A stretch of 64,000 nt of DNA from Myxococcota bacterium. Its GTDB lineage: Bacteria; Myxococcota_A; SURF-8. This document shows, one piece after another, positions 9,988 through 20,050 of this stretch. The DNA is taken from positions 160,001 to 224,000 of the forward strand of contig CAXXQS010000002.1 of the NCBI GenBank assembly GCA_963674735.2. The letters run 5' to 3'. The translations under genes were made by a program, and so were the position numbers. How positions within the stretch are numbered: the stretch's first letter is position 1; each line of letters opens with the position of its first letter. The notes under the pieces are model-generated. The model ran no database searches. It was given only the letters and a program-made list of their open reading frames with translations, and was not told where the DNA came from.

Positions 9988-10270
9988 GTCCCCAACCAAC
10001 TCCAGCGCCTGCCGGATAGACATCGAACCGGCATCACAGTCCGGCAAATCAACTTGTCCTGTCCGTCAAGCTTTCAACCCGCTCCACCGTCAACGTACAC
10101 GCCCCGAACTGCTCGTCCACCTTGCCGGTCAGGACGAATGGGTGGCCGTAATCCAGGATGGAACCGGACCAACAAAACAAATAGAGAAAGCGTTTTATCG
10201 AAACCTGACGGCAGATGCCCGAGCCCCATGCCAAACCGCCGCAGAAACAACGTTTACGCTCGAAATACAT
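9988..10270 (+). repeat. Island dispersed repeat, copy C (interrupted by a dnaE-like fragment)
   Basis: CGCCTGCCGGATAGACATCGAACC matches 11124-11147; 10168-10261 matches 2216-2310 and 11259-11354. Confidence 0.8.
10049..10159 (-). pseudogene. Remnant resembling the extreme C-terminus (OB fold end) of DNA polymerase III alpha / DnaE2
   Basis: ILDYGHPFVLTGKVDEQFGACTLTVERVESL resembles the P(Y/F)xLxGKV(E/D)ExFGAxTLTV tail of DnaE-family proteins; recognised from memory only. Confidence 0.55.
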
Positions 10271-10394
10271 ACCGTTTGGATTCCGTATCCTGCTCCTACC
10301 CCAATTTCCTGAATGAAGTTGCGAAATTGGTTACTTATGATATATTTTGGCCCATCGCCTAAATTTGGAATTGAATATGATGGTGGGAGCGGAC

Positions 10395-10955
10395 ATGAAA
10401 CGGATTTTGTTTGGAATAACGGCTAACACTCTTCTCTTCGCACTGTTTTTCCTGCTTCCCTTCACCGGGATCGCTCAAGAAGGTCCCAGGCCCTGTCTTA
10501 CCGGCACAATCATCATCGGCGAAGGTGATCATGCAGGCAAGATCGAGCTACAAGGATTCCCCTTCACGCAATACATCGACAAAGGCCCAAATCATCGCCC
10601 TGGGAAAAGGACCTTGAGCTGTCGTAGCGGCTTTAGTGGCAACATTGTCATCAATGAAACCAACGGTCGCTACAAACTCCCAGATGGAACGTTCCCTGGC
10701 TACAAGCCATATTTGGTCATCAAGGGAGACTCCCCTCCTATGATTCTTCTGCGAAAGGATGGAGGAGGTATGAAATTCACCATTGGCCCAGTCTATCGAG
10801 TGACAGAAAACTACCTGCGGAACGGAAGCGAGCCTCGCTTCAAGGTGGTCACCCGGATGAAGGGACAGACCATTGGAGAAGGTCGCTGCTACAGTACCAT
10901 CCCCGCTGAAACGCAAAAACGGACCATCCTCACCAAGCAAGAAGGTACGCCGTGA
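10395..10955 (+). CDS. Secreted hypothetical protein
   Basis: ATG 10395 after GGAG; signal MKRILFG...TGIA-Q. Confidence 0.7.
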   Translation: MKRILFGITANTLLFALFFLLPFTGIAQEGPRPCLTGTIIIGEGDHAGKIELQGFPFTQYIDKGPNHRPGKRTLSCRSGFSGNIVINETNGRYKLPDGTFPGYKPYLVIKGDSPPMILLRKDGGGMKFTIGPVYRVTENYLRNGSEPRFKVVTRMKGQTIGEGRCYSTIPAETQKRTILTKQEGTP

Positions 10956-11099
10956 TTCGCCACCACTCCCGCGCGCCGCTCCGTCCTACGTAAAAAAAAG
11001 CAGAAGGAACTCTTCCTCACGCTCGGTTCATCCCGAACCGAGCGTGGCTTTCGTTTCTTGACTTCCCAGAAAGTTTATTATAGGAAGTCAGGCTGGCAA

Positions 11100-11354
11100 T
11101 CATACTTCCCGAGCTAAATCCAACGCCTGCCGTATAGACATCGAACCAATATCAAAATCTGGCAATTCGAGCAACTTCATCACCTGAGTTACCCGTGCCC
11201 GGCTGATGTTCTTCTGTCGGGGTATACCGACAGGAAGGAAACCGACCCGCACCCTCGGACCAGCAAAACAAATCGAGAAAGCACTTTCTCGATTTCAGCC
11301 TATTTAGTTACTCATGCCCGATGCCGAACCGTCGCAGAAAGGCCATTTACGCTC
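11100..11354 (+). repeat. Island dispersed repeat, copy D, with ParB-like HTH remnant on the minus strand
   Basis: Minus strand reads NISRARVTQVMKLLELPDFDIGSMSIRQALDLAREV* (stop 11100-11102). Perfect inverted repeat AAATCGAGAAA-GCAC-TTTCTCGATTT at 11270-11295. Confidence 0.8.
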
Positions 11355-11508
11355 GTAGAATGGGCACTCATTACAGCAGCATATTAGCCTTCCGAATATT
11401 CCAGATCATGTTTGATTTCTTTTTGAATAATAAACTCTGATATGGTAGCTTCAAACGAATCGCAAATTGGTGCAATCTTCTACAAAACTCCTTTCTAGGA
11501 GAGTTAGT

Positions 11509-14500
11509 ATGAAATCATTATGCGTGATGATAATCGGCCTTATTTCAATACTTATTGTTACTGGTTGCGACAGCAGTGGTTCGTCCGGGGACAATATCGT
11601 TGACGGCGACCAGGAACAGGATATCCCTGTCGTTGATGGTGATGTCGATGACGATGAATCCGAAGATGCGGAAGAAAATGGCGACATCGGATGCATGGAA
11701 TCTGTCCAACTCGGCCTTGAGGATAACATCCTCGATTTTGGCGCTGTTTCCGTCGGAGCTGATCAATCCAAATCCTTCACCATTACGGCCGACCCGCCGA
11801 CCATCATCAAGTCGCTTTCTATTTTCGACGATGATGAAACCAATGAATACTCGATCACGGTTGGTACTTGCACGAATGAAATCCAAGGAATTTGCCACGA
11901 GGCGACCGTCAATGAGAATGCATCCAACACTAGTCCGTACACGGTTACAATTTCCTATATCCCTCGAGATGCCGATTTGACCCATGATGATGCTTGGTTG
12001 CAAATCGAAACAGAAGACGACTGTGAGGACACGAAACGGGTGAAGCTGACTTCCCAGTGCAAAGGAACTCCGAACCTGAGGCTGAGCATCGACGATCAGG
12101 TCATTACGGGGAACGATTCTATTTTCTTCGAAACGGTTCTACCCAACTCCAGCGCCGATCCCGTCACCTTCAAGCTGGAAAACACCGGAGAAACCTCGGC
12201 CAACGCTCCGGTGTGGGTGAAGCTCGACCCGAATAACCAGTTCGCTGATTACTTCGAGTGGACGGATTGCGACTCCGTGGAGTTGACTTCCACGGGCTTT
12301 CTTATTGGTTCGGGGGAAGAAAAAGTCTGTACATTGAACTTCCGAGAGAAGGCGACCCCAGGTGAGTACACAGGAATGGTAAGCGTGTCCTGGAATTCCT
12401 CCTGCCAGGAGATAGACGGCAAGCTGGATCTGACCCTCTCCGGCCATGTCGCCGAGTGCGAGATTCTGGTGACACCGGACCCCACGCTACGTCTCGGTGA
12501 AGCAATCGCCAATGAAGAACGAGTAAGAGACCACTTCACCATCACCAACGCCTGTCCGTTCGATATGTACTGGACAGCTTGTGCGCTTGAAACCGGGATG
12601 GATTTCTCTGCGGATTGCCCGACCGGACGCACCAAACTGGAGCCTGATGATTCCACCACACTGGATATTAGCTTTCAACCAACCCAAGCAGATTGCCAGC
12701 TCGATCATCTGATCTTGACGTTCGAGCGTGAGGGTGGCGAAGGTGTGCAGACCCACGTGCGCGATGTGGCGGGATGCGGAACGCCTTGCACCTACCCGGG
12801 GTGCTGCCCACCGGACTCCGACAACTGTCAACCAGGTGATTATCGTTGTGAGGGTCAGGAACGTCAGACCTGCAACACCGTCTGCTACTGGACCACGGTG
12901 GAAGAATGTGCCGAGAACGAAACCTGCCTGGCGGTGGAGTGCGTCCCAGGCTGCTTCGACGGCCAACGCCAGTGCGACGGGCCCAAAAAGCTGGTATGCG
13001 AAGAAGGCGACTTTGTGTCCGACGGTATCTGTGACGATCAGAACCCCTGCACCACCGACTACTGCACGCTGGACGAGCAAGACCCGGATCACTGTTATAC
13101 AGTCAACCTGCCGAATGGGTCCGTCTGCGATGACGGCGATTCGGAAACCAGTAACACCGAATGCCAGGACGGCCAGTGTATAGAAGTCTTCGAATGCACG
13201 GACGATGGCGAGTGCTGCATTGACGGTGAAATTGTCAACGTGGCCGGAGCCTGCACGGACGACGGCAACGACTGTACCGACGACGAATGTGGCGATACCG
13301 GCGTTTGCACTCATCCAAACAAAGCTCCCGGTGCCACATGCGGAGATCAGACCGAGACCACCTGCTCGGCCCCGGATACCTGCGACGGAACGGGAACCTG
13401 CCAGCCCAACCATGCCTCGGACCAGACCGAATGCCGTCCGGAGGCAGAGGGAATACTCTGCGATGTAGCCGAGTATTGCCCCGGCGATGGCCCGGATTGC
13501 CCGGAAGATGGATACAAGTCCGACCAGACCGTCTGCCGCCCGGAAGCCGAGAGCAGCCTGTGCGACGTGGCCGAATATTGCACCGGAGATGGCCCCGATT
13601 GTCCGGTGGATAGTTTCAAAGCAGAAACGATATCCTGCCGAGCCGCCAACGATAGTGAATGCGACATCGAGGACTTCTGCCCCGGTGATTCAGCCGACTG
13701 CCCCGACAGCAAATCTACGGATATCTGCCGCGCCGCCGTGGACGATTGCGACTTCACCGAGATGTGCGACGGTGTGAACGACGACTGCCCGGAAAACGAC
13801 ATCATGGACGATGGCGAAGTCTGCGGCGAAGCGGATGAGAATCAGTGTTACCAGGGTGTTTGCGTCGACTGCGTGGATGACTACGGCTGCACCGATCTTG
13901 AGGATGACAGCCTGGAATGCTCCGAGCCGTCCTGTGATACGGAAAACCATACCTGTGAACACCAGCTTACCGCCCACGAAGGGGAGACGTGTGGTGAAAC
14001 CACCTCTTCTATCTGCGACGACGAGGACACCTGCGATGCCGACGGCATCTGCCAAGCCAACCACAAGCCGACCGATACACCCTGCCGCCCGTCCGAAGGT
14101 CTTTGCGATGTAGTGGAATACTGTGTCGAGGGTGGCGTCTGCCCTGAAGATGGTTTCAAGACCGGTGACGTGGTGTGCCGCGAATCGGAAGGCGAATGCG
14201 ACCTGGAGGAGCTTTGCACGGGAGATGCCGCCGCTTGTCCCGAGGACGCCAAGTCAACAGCCGAATGTCGTGCGGCGACCAACGAGTGCGATCTGGCAGA
14301 AGTCTGCAACGGCGTAAGCGATGACTGTCCGGGCGACGAGGCAAAGGACGACGGTGAGGTCTGTGGAGCAGGCGATCAATGCGTGGCGGGTTTCTGCGAA
14401 GATTGCTGGGATGGCACCGGCTGTGAGGATTTGCCCTGGGGGGTGCGGGATAGCGACTGCTCGGAGCGGGTATGTGGGACCGGGAACATCTGCGAATTTA

Positions 14501-17500
14501 ACGACGGAACCGATGGAGCCGTCTGCGGAACGGACGACCAGTGTGTGGTGGGCGCGTGCCGGGATTGCCATACGGTCGAAGGTGGATGCAATGATCTGGC
14601 TTGGGACGGACGCGATACGGAATGTGCCATCCAATTTTGCCGGGAAGACTATCTATGCGACTTTACCACCGAGGATACCGGTACAGTCTGCGATCTGCTG
14701 GCGACCGGCGACCAAGATCAATGCGACGGCTCGGGTATGTGCGTGGATTGCGTAAACGTCGACGGCTGTGGTGACCTGGCCGACGACGAGAATCCCTGCA
14801 CCGACCTGGCCTGCGTCTCCAACATATGCAACCACGAACCGGACGATGAAAACACTTGCTCGCTCGGCACAAGCTGTACGACTGACGCCTGTGAGGATGG
14901 AGCCTGCGTCCCGACAGAAATTACGAGCGGCTGCTACATCGAAGGGATCTGTGTCGCTGATGGCGAAAAGAAAAGTCAGACTGGCGATAATTCCTGTCGC
15001 GTTTGCGATTCGTCAAATCTTGAAGGGTGGACTTTGCTCGAAAATGGGGAAGAGTGTGATGATGGGGATGATGGGACGACAAACGATACCTGCGGTTCTG
15101 GGGGCGTTTGTTTGGGCTGTACGCCGGATTGCAATGGCAAAGAATGCGGCGATAATGGGTGTGGGGGGAGTTGTGATGAATGTGCAGATGGGATGTATTG
15201 CTACAACAATCTCTGCTACAACAATTTCGGTATCCCTGCAACAGGGCAAAATAGTTGCTACGACGATTCAACCGAAATGACCTGTCCAGGAGTTGCAGGA
15301 GATAACGATTGCTCCGGTACTCAATACTGTGGTCAAGACTTCCAGTATCAGTACAACACAAGTGCTTTTCAATCAATCAACGACGATGGTTATGAAATTA
15401 TCTATGATCCGGTCACGAAACTGTATTGGACCAAGCAGGTTTACTATTCGTATTATGACTGGTTTAGCAATTATTGTTCAAATCTTGCTGACTCCAATTA
15501 TGCAAATATTGCTGACTGGCGTACTCCAAATTTAAACGAGGTGCTTTCCATCATTTCCTTCGGCGACTTAGAAAGTCGCCAATTTCCAGGAGATCCACTT
15601 TCGACAGGATTCGACTTTTGGATCGATGATGGTGATACTACAATATCGAAGTGGGGAGAAACGTATGATTTGAATCTTGAAGCAAATGGATATTGTGTAA
15701 GTGGAAGAGAATTCTTAAGTTCAAGTGCGGAAGAGTTCGAATACAACGAAGAAGTCCCAACAGAACCGACATATTTCCACATTTCAAGTGGGCTTGAATG
15801 GCAGGCCTATGATGCCACATCACTAAACTGGCAAGAAGCTTTGGCCTATTGTGAAGGTTTGGCCTACGCTGGTCATTCTGATTGGCGCTTGCCTAACGTA
15901 AACGAACTCGCGTCACTCCTGGATAAGCAAGAGTATCCGAATCATTACTTTGCACAGATTCCTTATCGCTCAGGAAAACATTGGACATCCACCACTTTGA
16001 TGCAAGATAACTCCGAGGCGATGGTTATTGAATTGTCATGCGGGGAGATTAACGAAAATTCATTAAGTTTTTACAAATCAGATGACAATTACAATGCTAA
16101 ATGCGTGCGGGGTAGTTCATGTTTGCCAAATTGCTATGAAAAACAATGCGGTGATGACGGGTGTGGAGGAAGCTGTGGCGAATGTACTGGCGATGAATAT
16201 TGCACCGACGAGGGACTGTGTGAAAATAACTGGGTTCCGATTTCATCAGGATCCTTCTGGATGGGAAGCCCCGATGGGTGCCCCGGTCCTAGCGGGTACC
16301 CAGGTGATTGCACAGAAGAACTTGGCCGAACACTTGTAGGTCTTGAGGATGAAGCTCTACATCAGGTTACCCTGACGAATGGCTTCGCAATGTCGCGTTT
16401 CGAGGCGACTCAGGAGGAATTCAGAGATGTAATGGGTTGGAACCCGAGTTATTACTCGAATAAGGGTGGAGGCCAAAATTGTGGATCGGATTGTCCTGTT
16501 GAATCGGTGACTTGGTTTGATGCTATTGCATACGCAAATCAACTTTCAATTCGAGAGGATTATGAAGCCTGTTACACCTTGACCAATGTTCGCTGCGAAG
16601 TTGGTGGAGATGTAGGCACCGATTACATGGAATGTTACGATTACACGCCTGGCGAGGATGGGATTTGGCAAGGGATTTCTACTGCCGATGTCAGCCTAAA
16701 CGGAGTGAACACACCGTATGACTGTGTAGGTTACCGCTTGCCGACAGAAGCAGAATGGGAGTACTCCATCCGAGCGGGAAGCACTACTGCATTTTATCCA
16801 AGTGAAGGGAACGATGGTACAATTACGAACACGAACAATGACCCGAATGCAAATCAAATTGCTGTAAACAATAAGGCCCATGATGCTGGGCCAGAACCTA
16901 AAGGAACATTGGAGCCCAATGCCTGGGGATTGTATGACATGTCAGGCAATGTTCGGGAATGGGTCTGGGATAACTATTGTCGCGAGTATGAATTAATTGA
17001 CAGCATAGATCCGGATGCACATCAGTGCTTGATAGAAAGCGGCAAAGTCCTTCGAAACGGTCATTTCTTCTCAGGACCGAGTGTTTTGAGGTCCGCGCAT
17101 CGAGATCATAATGGCGTTGGAGGATCCAGCGCAGAAATCGGGTTCCGGCTTGCACAGACCTGTAGTTGTCTCGACAAAGAATGTGGATTCGACCAATGCG
17201 GAAATGAGTGTGGCGTTGGTTGTGCCCCAAATGAAATCTGCAATCTTGACGGCCAATGCGAAGCGACCGAACCGCCCGAAGCGATCAGCTTGAAAGACGA
17301 AGCCGTCGTCATCCCAGATGACATCGCCGACGATGCCATCTTACCACCTGACGGCCCCTGTGGTGAGATGACCTTCCCCTATGTTGGCGGCCTACCGCCT
17401 TTCGATGTCAGCATCGGCGATACGATTGTCAGCGGCTACGATGGTGGGTTCCTGTGCAACGTACTGGATGTGGCGGATAACGGATCAGAACTAGTATTAT

Positions 17501-19860
17501 CCACTGTACAAGGTTCCCTAGAAGACATCATCGAAAGTGGAACGTTAGATTTCAGAGTTCCGATTTCTCTGTCAGATCCGGAAACAAAGTCAACAAAAGG
17601 ACTAACCATAAATAGAATAAAACTCTATTCCAATAATGGATTCGAGATTGAGCTTCGACCGGGATCTGTCCAATTCGATTCGGAATTTCACGCAAGAATT
17701 GACTATGAGTGGGGAGAAGGCATTTACTTCCTTGGTACTGCCAGCGGTACGATGACAACAGATTTTGGAGTTGATGTAACCTTCCCCGGTGTTGACATCA
17801 TTAGAGACAAAACAACTATCGCACCTGCAATCACGATTCCGTTCCATTTCTTGGTGGGTAGCCTACCTGTTTCGGGCAAAATCATCTTAACCCTTCAAGC
17901 TCGTTTTGAAGTTTCTGCCAATGGACCTAAATTAAGCTTCGGCTCTAGAAAAGTGAGGACAATGACGGTAGGAGCCGAGTACAGAGACCATGCTTGGAGA
18001 GATGTTGAAGTGAAGCGACAGGTTTCTACCGAAAAATATGGGCCGGACATAGAGGAAGTGGGTTCTATAGAATCAGAAGTTGGAGTGGATTTAAATGTGA
18101 AACTGGTACTATACGAGACGGCAGCACCTTGGATTACCATCGGCCCGAGGCTGGATAACGATATGATTTTTTATCCGAATTATAGCTATGACTGGCAGAT
18201 TGGCAATTGTTTGGATGCGTATTTTGGTGGTGACCTTCTTATTTTAGGTAGACGCATTGCCAAGTATGAACATGAGTTATTCGACATATGCTTCAACCAT
18301 GAGTCCTTTCCCGGTTGTATCGATCAATGTTTAACTCCGCGCTTAACTTGTACCACCCCCGGTACTGTAGAAGGTTGCGGTGAAGCGGATGACGGTGATA
18401 ACTGCCTGGACTGGGTGTACAAGGAGTGTAACGTATACCAAACCTGCCAGGATGGTGAATGCGTGGGCGAATGCACCAGCGGTCTATGCTGCGATACAGG
18501 TACGGAAACCTACAAGGCCGCCGGGACGGCTTGCGGCAGCGAATCGACCCAGTACGTTTGCCTGGACGGCACCGGCTGCGGTTCGGACATCACCCGCCAG
18601 GTCAACACCCAGCGATGTACCGGCAACAGCGCCGATTGCGTCGGCAATTGGAGTGGCTGGTCGACAGATGGCACCATCGCTTGCGACGCCGTCCAGAAGT
18701 GTGTGCCAAATCAAAGCTATTGTTCCTCTTGCAGCACAGATGCCTGCGTCGACGGCCTGTGCTGCAACACGAACACCACCCCGAACGAGTTCAAACCGAG
18801 CTCTGAAATGTGCGGACCGGCTGAGGATTGGGATTACGTATGCCCAGACGGCACGGCATGCGGAGACGATGTCTACATTGAGTACTCCGACCGTTACTGC
18901 TCGGGCACGAGTTCCACGTGTAATGGAGAACTGATCGCTCGTGGTGAATCGGAGCACTTCGCCTACTGTAGCAGTACTAAACGCTGCAGCAAAGGATCCC
19001 GGACCTGCGTGCCTTGCTCCTGCTCGTCCAACTGGTGCCAGGACAACGATGAGGGCAGCGGAACTCACTGCAAGGATGATGGAACGACGGTGACCTGCGG
19101 CACCAGCGGATCGTGCTACATCGAAACGGACTCTACCCCTTGCGCCTCAGGAACCTCTTGCGTGCAGGGCGAATGCCAAAACGACTGCCAGGATATCTGC
19201 GACGGTCGATGTGGGACAGTCGGAGATTGCGATTGCGATTGCGAGGACGGCTGGGCCTGCGATCCGGATGGCTATTGCCTGGATTGCTCCAGCGGCGACC
19301 TCGGATTCCGCGATTGCGATGACTTCGTGCATCAACGGGAAGGCGAACTCTATAGCGGCAATACACCTGTTGATACGGTGGGAGGTTGTTCCCCTGCGGG
19401 CAATCCTGGTTGGCATGATGGACCGACGGTGAACAACCTCAACATCCGCTGGACCTGGACCACGGACTGTGATGTGCCTCCCTACGGCGGGAATCCATAT
19501 TACTATGATGGAGAGAACGCCCGCTGGACTTTCAGCGTCCCTGTGGATGGCTACTACGACATCGATGTGAAGATTCCGGCGGTCGGCTACTTGTGCGACA
19601 ACATGGCCAACATCCGACACGCGGATGATGTGTATTACGGGTTACGAAAGAGTGGCGGCAGTGATCCAGTCTGGGGACCATATGACACTTCGGACTACAA
19701 AGGCCACTGGATGACCGTCACATGGTCCCCGACCTTCCTTGAAGCCGGTGAACATACCCTGATTCTTTACGATCATGGCAGTACAGGTGTAGATTGTATC
19801 GATGGAACAGGTTCACGCTGGGTTTTCGTGGACTCGGTGCGAGTGTTGTGGAATCATTGA
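11509..19860 (+). CDS. Giant (2783 aa) Cys-rich mosaic lipoprotein: DGD stalk, 3 Ig-like domains, disintegrin-like repeats, 2 DUF1566, FGE-sulfatase, beta-rich domain, C-terminal beta-sandwich
   Basis: AGGAG RBS; lipobox VTG-C; LDFGAV; CRxxxxxCDxxExCxGxxxxCP repeats; DWRTPNLNE and DWRLPNVNEL; YRLPTEAEWEY..PNAWGLYDMSGNVREW..GFRL; ends FVDSVRVLW. Confidence 0.9.
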   Translation: MKSLCVMIIGLISILIVTGCDSSGSSGDNIVDGDQEQDIPVVDGDVDDDESEDAEENGDIGCMESVQLGLEDNILDFGAVSVGADQSKSFTITADPPTIIKSLSIFDDDETNEYSITVGTCTNEIQGICHEATVNENASNTSPYTVTISYIPRDADLTHDDAWLQIETEDDCEDTKRVKLTSQCKGTPNLRLSIDDQVITGNDSIFFETVLPNSSADPVTFKLENTGETSANAPVWVKLDPNNQFADYFEWTDCDSVELTSTGFLIGSGEEKVCTLNFREKATPGEYTGMVSVSWNSSCQEIDGKLDLTLSGHVAECEILVTPDPTLRLGEAIANEERVRDHFTITNACPFDMYWTACALETGMDFSADCPTGRTKLEPDDSTTLDISFQPTQADCQLDHLILTFEREGGEGVQTHVRDVAGCGTPCTYPGCCPPDSDNCQPGDYRCEGQERQTCNTVCYWTTVEECAENETCLAVECVPGCFDGQRQCDGPKKLVCEEGDFVSDGICDDQNPCTTDYCTLDEQDPDHCYTVNLPNGSVCDDGDSETSNTECQDGQCIEVFECTDDGECCIDGEIVNVAGACTDDGNDCTDDECGDTGVCTHPNKAPGATCGDQTETTCSAPDTCDGTGTCQPNHASDQTECRPEAEGILCDVAEYCPGDGPDCPEDGYKSDQTVCRPEAESSLCDVAEYCTGDGPDCPVDSFKAETISCRAANDSECDIEDFCPGDSADCPDSKSTDICRAAVDDCDFTEMCDGVNDDCPENDIMDDGEVCGEADENQCYQGVCVDCVDDYGCTDLEDDSLECSEPSCDTENHTCEHQLTAHEGETCGETTSSICDDEDTCDADGICQANHKPTDTPCRPSEGLCDVVEYCVEGGVCPEDGFKTGDVVCRESEGECDLEELCTGDAAACPEDAKSTAECRAATNECDLAEVCNGVSDDCPGDEAKDDGEVCGAGDQCVAGFCEDCWDGTGCEDLPWGVRDSDCSERVCGTGNICEFNDGTDGAVCGTDDQCVVGACRDCHTVEGGCNDLAWDGRDTECAIQFCREDYLCDFTTEDTGTVCDLLATGDQDQCDGSGMCVDCVNVDGCGDLADDENPCTDLACVSNICNHEPDDENTCSLGTSCTTDACEDGACVPTEITSGCYIEGICVADGEKKSQTGDNSCRVCDSSNLEGWTLLENGEECDDGDDGTTNDTCGSGGVCLGCTPDCNGKECGDNGCGGSCDECADGMYCYNNLCYNNFGIPATGQNSCYDDSTEMTCPGVAGDNDCSGTQYCGQDFQYQYNTSAFQSINDDGYEIIYDPVTKLYWTKQVYYSYYDWFSNYCSNLADSNYANIADWRTPNLNEVLSIISFGDLESRQFPGDPLSTGFDFWIDDGDTTISKWGETYDLNLEANGYCVSGREFLSSSAEEFEYNEEVPTEPTYFHISSGLEWQAYDATSLNWQEALAYCEGLAYAGHSDWRLPNVNELASLLDKQEYPNHYFAQIPYRSGKHWTSTTLMQDNSEAMVIELSCGEINENSLSFYKSDDNYNAKCVRGSSCLPNCYEKQCGDDGCGGSCGECTGDEYCTDEGLCENNWVPISSGSFWMGSPDGCPGPSGYPGDCTEELGRTLVGLEDEALHQVTLTNGFAMSRFEATQEEFRDVMGWNPSYYSNKGGGQNCGSDCPVESVTWFDAIAYANQLSIREDYEACYTLTNVRCEVGGDVGTDYMECYDYTPGEDGIWQGISTADVSLNGVNTPYDCVGYRLPTEAEWEYSIRAGSTTAFYPSEGNDGTITNTNNDPNANQIAVNNKAHDAGPEPKGTLEPNAWGLYDMSGNVREWVWDNYCREYELIDSIDPDAHQCLIESGKVLRNGHFFSGPSVLRSAHRDHNGVGGSSAEIGFRLAQTCSCLDKECGFDQCGNECGVGCAPNEICNLDGQCEATEPPEAISLKDEAVVIPDDIADDAILPPDGPCGEMTFPYVGGLPPFDVSIGDTIVSGYDGGFLCNVLDVADNGSELVLSTVQGSLEDIIESGTLDFRVPISLSDPETKSTKGLTINRIKLYSNNGFEIELRPGSVQFDSEFHARIDYEWGEGIYFLGTASGTMTTDFGVDVTFPGVDIIRDKTTIAPAITIPFHFLVGSLPVSGKIILTLQARFEVSANGPKLSFGSRKVRTMTVGAEYRDHAWRDVEVKRQVSTEKYGPDIEEVGSIESEVGVDLNVKLVLYETAAPWITIGPRLDNDMIFYPNYSYDWQIGNCLDAYFGGDLLILGRRIAKYEHELFDICFNHESFPGCIDQCLTPRLTCTTPGTVEGCGEADDGDNCLDWVYKECNVYQTCQDGECVGECTSGLCCDTGTETYKAAGTACGSESTQYVCLDGTGCGSDITRQVNTQRCTGNSADCVGNWSGWSTDGTIACDAVQKCVPNQSYCSSCSTDACVDGLCCNTNTTPNEFKPSSEMCGPAEDWDYVCPDGTACGDDVYIEYSDRYCSGTSSTCNGELIARGESEHFAYCSSTKRCSKGSRTCVPCSCSSNWCQDNDEGSGTHCKDDGTTVTCGTSGSCYIETDSTPCASGTSCVQGECQNDCQDICDGRCGTVGDCDCDCEDGWACDPDGYCLDCSSGDLGFRDCDDFVHQREGELYSGNTPVDTVGGCSPAGNPGWHDGPTVNNLNIRWTWTTDCDVPPYGGNPYYYDGENARWTFSVPVDGYYDIDVKIPAVGYLCDNMANIRHADDVYYGLRKSGGSDPVWGPYDTSDYKGHWMTVTWSPTFLEAGEHTLILYDHGSTGVDCIDGTGSRWVFVDSVRVLWNH

Positions 19861-19886
19861 ATCGGTTAACATAATGCCACTTTTCG

Positions 19887-19981
19887 TTGACAAATATTGA
19901 CAAACTTGCGGAGAAATAGGCTGAGAAGACGCCAGAACGGAGACTCAAAGAAACAAGTCGAGGGCTACCAAACCGTTGATA
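19887..19981. promoter_or_regulatory. Putative integrase arm-type repeats and IHF site next to att
   Basis: TTGACAAA direct repeat (19887-19894, 19897-19904). Minus-strand TATCAACGGTTTG (19969-19981) fits the IHF consensus WATCAANNNNTTR. Confidence 0.5.
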
Positions 19982-20050
19982 TCAGCTGGTTTTAACAACG
20001 AATCTCCGTTTTTTGGGGGTTTCATTTTGGAACATTAGATCTGACGAATT

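Noticed and set aside
9794-10362. ORFs spanning the repeat regions (9794-10312, 9982-10362, 2145-2345)
   Set aside because: Reading frames are not preserved between repeat copies and lack RBS; regarded as non-coding or remnants.
2168-11354. Integron attC sites or CRISPR array
   Set aside because: No RYYYAAC/GTTRRRY-bounded palindromes, no short identical repeats with regular spacers, and no intI or cas genes.
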